Source: Chitinophagales bacterium (GTDB taxonomy: Bacteria > Bacteroidota > Bacteroidia > Chitinophagales > JADIYW01). From it: a stretch of 64,000 nucleotides of DNA. A program made the translations under genes and the position numbers. The notes under the pieces are model-generated. The model was not told the DNA's origin and did no database searches. It worked only from the letters and a program-made list of their open reading frames with translations. This document shows positions 59,053-64,000 of the stretch, one piece after another. Each line of letters starts with the position of its first letter. Within the stretch, counting starts at the first letter, position 1. The stretch is from contig JBGAWK010000001.1 in the NCBI GenBank assembly GCA_044227665.1, positions 96,793 through 160,792 of the forward strand, read 5' to 3'.

Positions 59053-60636
59053 ATGATTAGAAAATTCTTACTAATAGTCGGATTGCTTATTTGGCAATCG
59101 GATTCTTTTGCACAGACCTATCAGCAAAAGATGTCTCAATTTCTGCAACTACTGGACAGGCAGTATGTGGAGACGGTAAATATGGACTCCTTAGTAGAAA
59201 TAGGCATCACCAAAATGCTGGAAGAGTTAGATCCTCACTCTGTATATCTTACAGCAGAAGAGTTGCGCAAAGCCAATGAGCCCCTAGAAGGCAATTTTGA
59301 GGGAATAGGAGTACAGTTCAATATCTTGGATGATACTATAATTATTGTGAATGTTATATCTGGAGGTCCTTCCCACAAAGTGGGATTGATGGATGGCGAT
59401 AGGATAGTCTCTATAGACGGGGAAAATGTAGCCGGAGTGGGCATAAAAAATGATGGTGTCTTTAAGCGTCTGCGAGGGAAAAAAGGTACAGAAGTTACGG
59501 TATCTGTTAAGCGATATGGGGAAGTGTTGCCATTGGATTTCCTAATTACCAGAGACAGGATTCCCATCTATGCATTAGATGCGGCATACATGACAGACAA
59601 AAAAACGGGATATGTGAAACTTTCCCGATTTTCTGCCACTGCGGATGAAGAAGTGGCGCAAGCCATCGACAGCCTCAAGAAATTAGGTGCTGAAAATCTG
59701 ATTTTAGATCTGTCTGACAATTCCGGAGGATACCTCAATCAGGCACATGCGCTAGCCGATGAATTTCTTTCTAAAGATCGCCTTATCGTATATACAGAAG
59801 GGAAATCCTCACCACGGCAAGATTTTAATGCTACCGAAGCCGGCGTATTCGAGCATGGCAAGCTCGTAGTCATGATAGATGAAGGCAGTGCCTCAGCAAG
59901 TGAGATTGTGTCAGGGGCTATTCAGGATTGGGACAGAGGACTGCTTGTAGGCAGACGCACCTATGGCAAGGGACTGGTACAGAAAGGGTATCCTTTCATA
60001 GACCAGAGTGCCGTGAGACTCACCGTGTCCAAGTATTTTATCCCTAGTGGCAGATGCATACAGAAGCCCTACATCAAGGGCAACGGAGAGGATTATAGAG
60101 ATGACTTCACAGAAAGATATAATAGTGGAGAATATTTTGTGAAAGATAGCATGAAAGTACTAGACTCTACGGGCTATTTTACTGCCGGAAAGCGCATAGT
60201 ATATGGTGGCGGTGGCGTGATTCCCGATGTGTTTGTCCCTGCGGATACCTCATGGCGCAGCAGCTTCTATTCCGCCCTGCTACGCACAGGAAGCTTCAAT
60301 GGCTTCTGCCTACATTATGTGAACAACAACAGAAATTTATTGCAGCAACAATATCCTACGCAGGAAGACTTTATTAAAAAATTTGAAGTGACGAAAGAAG
60401 TTTGGGACGGATTTCTTGCTTTTGGAAAAACAAAAAAAGCAGATCCCGGCACGGAAAATTATAGCAAAAGTCTGCCTACTATTTCTTATAATTTAAAGGC
60501 TTTGATAGGCCAATACTTATTTGACAGTAAAATATACTATCAGATAATAAATGAACTCAATCCTATCTATAAGAAGGCGGTAGAATCACTGAAGGGCGAT
60601 GATTTCAAAGAGTATGGCATCAAATCCAAAGGCTAA
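59053..60636 (+). CDS. S41-family carboxy-terminal processing peptidase
   Basis: 527 aa with a signal peptide. PDZ domain (GIGVQFNILDDTIIIVNVISGGPSHKVGLMDGDRIVSIDG). Catalytic Ser/Lys regions (LDLSDNSGGYL, GSASASEIVSGA, TYGKG). Confidence 0.9.
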   Translation: MIRKFLLIVGLLIWQSDSFAQTYQQKMSQFLQLLDRQYVETVNMDSLVEIGITKMLEELDPHSVYLTAEELRKANEPLEGNFEGIGVQFNILDDTIIIVNVISGGPSHKVGLMDGDRIVSIDGENVAGVGIKNDGVFKRLRGKKGTEVTVSVKRYGEVLPLDFLITRDRIPIYALDAAYMTDKKTGYVKLSRFSATADEEVAQAIDSLKKLGAENLILDLSDNSGGYLNQAHALADEFLSKDRLIVYTEGKSSPRQDFNATEAGVFEHGKLVVMIDEGSASASEIVSGAIQDWDRGLLVGRRTYGKGLVQKGYPFIDQSAVRLTVSKYFIPSGRCIQKPYIKGNGEDYRDDFTERYNSGEYFVKDSMKVLDSTGYFTAGKRIVYGGGGVIPDVFVPADTSWRSSFYSALLRTGSFNGFCLHYVNNNRNLLQQQYPTQEDFIKKFEVTKEVWDGFLAFGKTKKADPGTENYSKSLPTISYNLKALIGQYLFDSKIYYQIINELNPIYKKAVESLKGDDFKEYGIKSKG

Positions 60637-60707
60637 GCAACATAAGGGCAAAATTAATTTTTTATAAATACAAAACATATTTTTTGAAAATCCCAAACTT
60701 GTTATTT

Positions 60708-60761
60708 ATGTTTGTTACTATGAAGGCAAAATATTCTTGTTGGTGTAATATTATTATATAG
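60708..60761 (+). promoter_or_regulatory. Candidate 17-codon leader ORF (MFVTMKAKYSCWCNIII) upstream of sulfite reductase
   Basis: ATG at 60708 and TAG at 60759-60761. Cys-Trp-Cys codons sit at 60738-60746. The stop abuts a segment that can pair with the 5' arm of the downstream terminator. Speculative. Confidence 0.25.
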
Positions 60762-60782
60762 GGCAAGGCATATTACTTCTAT

Positions 60783-60816
60783 AAATGCCTGTCCCTTAAT
60801 GACAGGCATTTTTTTT
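60783..60816 (+). terminator. Rho-independent terminator or attenuator 18 nt upstream of the sulfite reductase start
   Basis: An 11-bp perfect stem, aaatgcctgtc (60783-60793) / gacaggcattt (60801-60811), with a 7-nt loop and a run of 8 T. Confidence 0.75.
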
Positions 60817-60833
60817 AAAACAAAAATTAGTAT

Positions 60834-62951
60834 ATGGCATTAGAAATACTTCCAGGGGTTAGCGAAGCGGCAAGGAAAGACATCTTTGAGTTGAAGCAAA
60901 AAATAGAAGATTATAGGAATGATATTATTCCCGAAGACAAGTTCAAGCACTTTCGCCTCACTCGTGGTGTATATGGACAGCGTCAGCTAGGCGTTCAGAT
61001 GGTAAGGCTGAAACTGCCCTTTGGCAAAATTACACCTGTGCAACTCAGAAGGCTAGCAGATATAAGCGAAAAATTTACCAACGGCAACCTACACCTTACT
61101 ACTCGCCAAAACATACAGTTTCACTACATAAAAGTAGAAGACACCCCCGAACTTTGGAATCTTATAGAAGACGTGGGCGTTACGGCACGAGAAGCCTGTG
61201 GCAATACAGTGCGCAATGTAACAGGCTCTTCTATGGCAGGGATAGACCCTAGTGAACCCTTTGATATAGCACCTTATGTGCAGGCAGTATTTGAATACTT
61301 CCTACGCAATCCTATATGTCAGGATATGGGAAGGAAGATAAAAATTGCTTTCTCCTCTTCCGAAAGCGACAGCGCATTTACCTATATCCACGATTTTGGA
61401 TTTATCCCCAAAATTCAGGACGGCAAAAGAGGCTTCAAGGTATTGGTAGGCGGAGGACTTGGCGCACAGGCATTCTTGGCGCATACTGCCTACGAATTTT
61501 TGCCGGAAGAGCAAGTAATACCGTTTATAGAAGTAGGCTTGCGCATCTTCGACAGGTATGGAGAGCGCACCCGCAGACATAAAGCGAGGATGAAGTACCT
61601 TATCAAAGACATGGGCATGGAGGCTTTCATGCAATTGGTAGAGGGAGAATACCCTGCACTAAAATTAACTACTTGTACGATCGATACTACTACAGTGCAA
61701 AATATAGCACCCCCGACACCGCAGCAATTTCCCGATGTGCATATTGAAGACCAAGAGTGTTATCATAAGTGGCTAAAAACAAATGTTATAGAGCAAAAAC
61801 AAAAGGGATATTTCGCTGTGGGTTTAAAAGTTTCCAATGGAGATATTAAGGCACCGCAAGCGCGTATTATCGCGGACTTGGCAGAGCAGTTTGCTTCAGA
61901 AGATATGCGTATTACCATGAATCAGGGCTTGATGCTAAAGTATGTGTTGCCACAGGCGTTGCCTTATATATATAGTGTATTGGATAGCTTGGGATTTGCC
62001 CTTCCCGGCTTTGCTACTATTGCAGATATTACCACATGCCCAGGTACCGACACCTGTAATCTGGGTGTTACTAATAGTATGACATTGGCGAAGATATTAG
62101 AGGATGTCATACATGAAGAATATGAACATCTCATCTTTGACAACAAAATAGACATCAAGATGAGTGGCTGCATGAACTCCTGTGGTCAGCACATGGCAGC
62201 AAATATTGGATTACATGGCAGCTCTATAAAAGTAGGCGACAAAGTTGCTCCTGCCATGCAGGTCATCTTAGGAGGAGGGGTGAACCCTGATGGGATAGGT
62301 GCTGTAGGCGACAAAATTGTTAAGCTGCCTACGAAGCGTATGCCCGATGCTTTAAGGATTTTGCTCAATGATTTTGAACAAAAAGCCTTAGAGGGAGAAT
62401 ATTTCAACGATTACTACCACCGACTGGGAAAAAATTATTTCTACTCCTTGCTGAAACCAGTAGCAGACCCTTCCAAGTATGTAGATGATGACTTCTATGA
62501 TTATGGCAGTGAGATATATTTTACACCAGAGGTAGGTGTAGGAGAATGTGCAGGCATCATGTACGATATGGTGGGCATTATCATCCGCGAAGCAGAGCAG
62601 AAGCTTGTAGATGCAAAGGAATGTCTAGCGCAAAGCCTTCTGCCAGAAGCTATCTACCATGCCTATACAGGATATGTAATAGCCGCCAAAGCTATATTGC
62701 TAAGTCAAGATAAGGAGTGTAACACACAGATAAAGATTTTGAGAGATTTTGATGCTTTACAACAGGATAGTATTACATCCTTCGGTATAGTATCTTTGGA
62801 AGATACTGCCTTGGCCATCAATAAAAATAGCCCCGAGCGCCCCTTTGCTGACGAGTATATTGCGGGATTTGAAAGTTTTTTGCAAAAAGTTATTTCTTTT
62901 AGAAAAAAAGATAATACGAAGCAGGTAGTAGAAAGCCATTACAAGGCGTAA
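60834..62951 (+). CDS. Sulfite/nitrite reductase hemoprotein (ferredoxin-dependent type) with a ~150-aa helical C-terminal extension
   Basis: 705 aa. Two NIR_SIR repeats and the siroheme/4Fe-4S Cys motifs (TTCPGTDTCNLG ... SGCMNSCGQH). The residues after about 560 are an extra helical region. Confidence 0.85.
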   Translation: MALEILPGVSEAARKDIFELKQKIEDYRNDIIPEDKFKHFRLTRGVYGQRQLGVQMVRLKLPFGKITPVQLRRLADISEKFTNGNLHLTTRQNIQFHYIKVEDTPELWNLIEDVGVTAREACGNTVRNVTGSSMAGIDPSEPFDIAPYVQAVFEYFLRNPICQDMGRKIKIAFSSSESDSAFTYIHDFGFIPKIQDGKRGFKVLVGGGLGAQAFLAHTAYEFLPEEQVIPFIEVGLRIFDRYGERTRRHKARMKYLIKDMGMEAFMQLVEGEYPALKLTTCTIDTTTVQNIAPPTPQQFPDVHIEDQECYHKWLKTNVIEQKQKGYFAVGLKVSNGDIKAPQARIIADLAEQFASEDMRITMNQGLMLKYVLPQALPYIYSVLDSLGFALPGFATIADITTCPGTDTCNLGVTNSMTLAKILEDVIHEEYEHLIFDNKIDIKMSGCMNSCGQHMAANIGLHGSSIKVGDKVAPAMQVILGGGVNPDGIGAVGDKIVKLPTKRMPDALRILLNDFEQKALEGEYFNDYYHRLGKNYFYSLLKPVADPSKYVDDDFYDYGSEIYFTPEVGVGECAGIMYDMVGIIIREAEQKLVDAKECLAQSLLPEAIYHAYTGYVIAAKAILLSQDKECNTQIKILRDFDALQQDSITSFGIVSLEDTALAINKNSPERPFADEYIAGFESFLQKVISFRKKDNTKQVVESHYKA

Positions 62952-62952
62952 G

Positions 62953-63675
62953 CTATAAATCCAGCCACCATTTTGTAACAATAGAAAGTCCTGTAAGCAT
63001 TATCAGCGTCAAGACGATATAGCGAAAGCGTTGCTCACTAATCTTGGAAAGCAACAACTTGCCTATGTATGTTCCCACTATACTTACAAAAGGGAGGATG
63101 AGCATCGTTTTTATATCGTGTTTGTGGATATATCCATTGAAATAATAGACAATACTCCGACTTGCATCTATGGCAAAATCTATAAATGCTGAGGTGGCGA
63201 TGAAGACGCCCATAGGAATACTAAAACCTGCTAACGTAACACCGCGTATAGCACCACCAGTTCCTAGTAGTCCAGCAAAAAAACCCGACAGTATGCCGCC
63301 AAAAGCCGCATTAGCATTTGTAGGTGCAACGGCATAGTTCTTGAAAATAATAAGCAACACACTAAGGAGGATGAGGAAAACGCCTAAAGCAATTTCTAAG
63401 ACATCTGATTGTATAAATTTACTCAAATATGCGCCGATAATAACGAAAGCTACACCAGGGATGCCCATAGTAATTAGCAGTCTTTTATCCAAGCCTTCTT
63501 TAAAGAGTACCATCTTACTGAGGTTGCTCGTCAGGTGGAGGACTGCGGTTATGCCTAATGCAGACTGGAAGTCAAAGTAATAGTTGGCGATAGGCACGAA
63601 AAATAATGAAGAACCAAATCCTCCAATAGTGCCAAGAATTTCAGCCACAAAAGCTAATAAAAAAAACAATATCAT
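62953..63675 (-). CDS. TauE/SafE-family sulfite (anion) exporter
   Basis: 240 aa with 7-8 TM segments. Duplicated G-rich motifs (GTIGGFGSSLF, GLLGTGGAIRG) are typical of TauE/SafE. Confidence 0.8.
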   Translation of the reverse strand: MILFFLLAFVAEILGTIGGFGSSLFFVPIANYYFDFQSALGITAVLHLTSNLSKMVLFKEGLDKRLLITMGIPGVAFVIIGAYLSKFIQSDVLEIALGVFLILLSVLLIIFKNYAVAPTNANAAFGGILSGFFAGLLGTGGAIRGVTLAGFSIPMGVFIATSAFIDFAIDASRSIVYYFNGYIHKHDIKTMLILPFVSIVGTYIGKLLLSKISEQRFRYIVLTLIMLTGLSIVTKWWLDL

Positions 63676-63729
63676 GCCTTCTCAAAGATACAGCGAATAC
63701 ATACGCAGAGATACATATTTACTTATAAT

Positions 63730-64000
63730 ATGTTACATTTGAAAATGCATGAAATACTTGGAGATTTAGGAAATATAGTTTTAAGAAGCACTTCAGTATA
63801 TCTGTTTATGATATTTGCCTTTCGGATTTTTGGGAAGAGAGAGCTTTCACAATTGTCCATTGCAGACTTGGTATTAATAGTTCTTATCAGCAATGCAGTA
63901 CAGAATGCTATGGTAGGCGATAACACTACGCTATGGGGCGGACTTACGGCAGCAGCTACGCTATTTATATTAAATATGATTTTTGGGTGGATGATGTATA
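63730..64000 (+). CDS. DUF421 (YetF-like) membrane protein, 5' part only; runs off the window
   Basis: Not in the ORF track because it is open at the window edge. My translation from ATG 63730 is MLHLKMHEILGDLGNIVLRSTSVYLFMIFAFRIFGKRELSQLSIADLVLIVLISNAVQNAMVGDN.... The GKRxxxQLSxxDLVxxxxIxN motif is typical of DUF421. Confidence 0.6.
   Translation, partial: MLHLKMHEILGDLGNIVLRSTSVYLFMIFAFRIFGKRELSQLSIADLVLIVLISNAVQNAMVGDNTTLWGGLTAAATLFILNMIFGWMMY

Overview
This 64-kb chromosomal segment reads as Bacteroidota. Three proteins end in T9SS type-A C-terminal sorting domains, TAnnTTTG -7 promoter boxes recur just upstream of start codons, and the gene content fits the phylum. All calls rest on motif recognition in the supplied translations and on my own reading of the DNA; no database search was run. 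About 47 protein-coding genes are tightly packed on both strands. I recognised no rRNA, tRNA, CRISPR array, transposase or integrase. Most of the window is housekeeping: obg, hflX, recO, hpt, adk, hppA, fadH, a NupC-family transporter, a YifB-type ATPase, an Mqn/CofH-type radical SAM enzyme, an M1 aminopeptidase, an S41 peptidase, sulfite reductase, threonine aldolase, arginine deiminase, and several acyl-CoA and lipid oxidation enzymes. The clearly accessory part is 43.8-55.3 kb. It holds a DUF4143-type AAA ATPase gene bracketed by two copies of a 39-nt hairpin repeat, then a ~400-bp spacer of about 20% G+C (hand count), a small AT-rich secreted-protein gene, and a ~9.2-kb secreted-protein gene. 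That gene is built from about 14 tandem cysteine-bearing PPC-like modules. It is interrupted by one in-frame TAG and one +1 frame change. Only its first piece has a signal peptide and only its last piece has the T9SS sorting domain. Other points worth a second look are a 103-residue Cys/Met/Lys-rich tail fused to the membrane pyrophosphatase, a compact ferredoxin-NADP reductase / 2Fe-2S ferredoxin / membrane desaturase cassette, and a possible Cys-codon leader-peptide attenuator upstream of sulfite reductase. I could not identify a classical defence or mobile system in this window.
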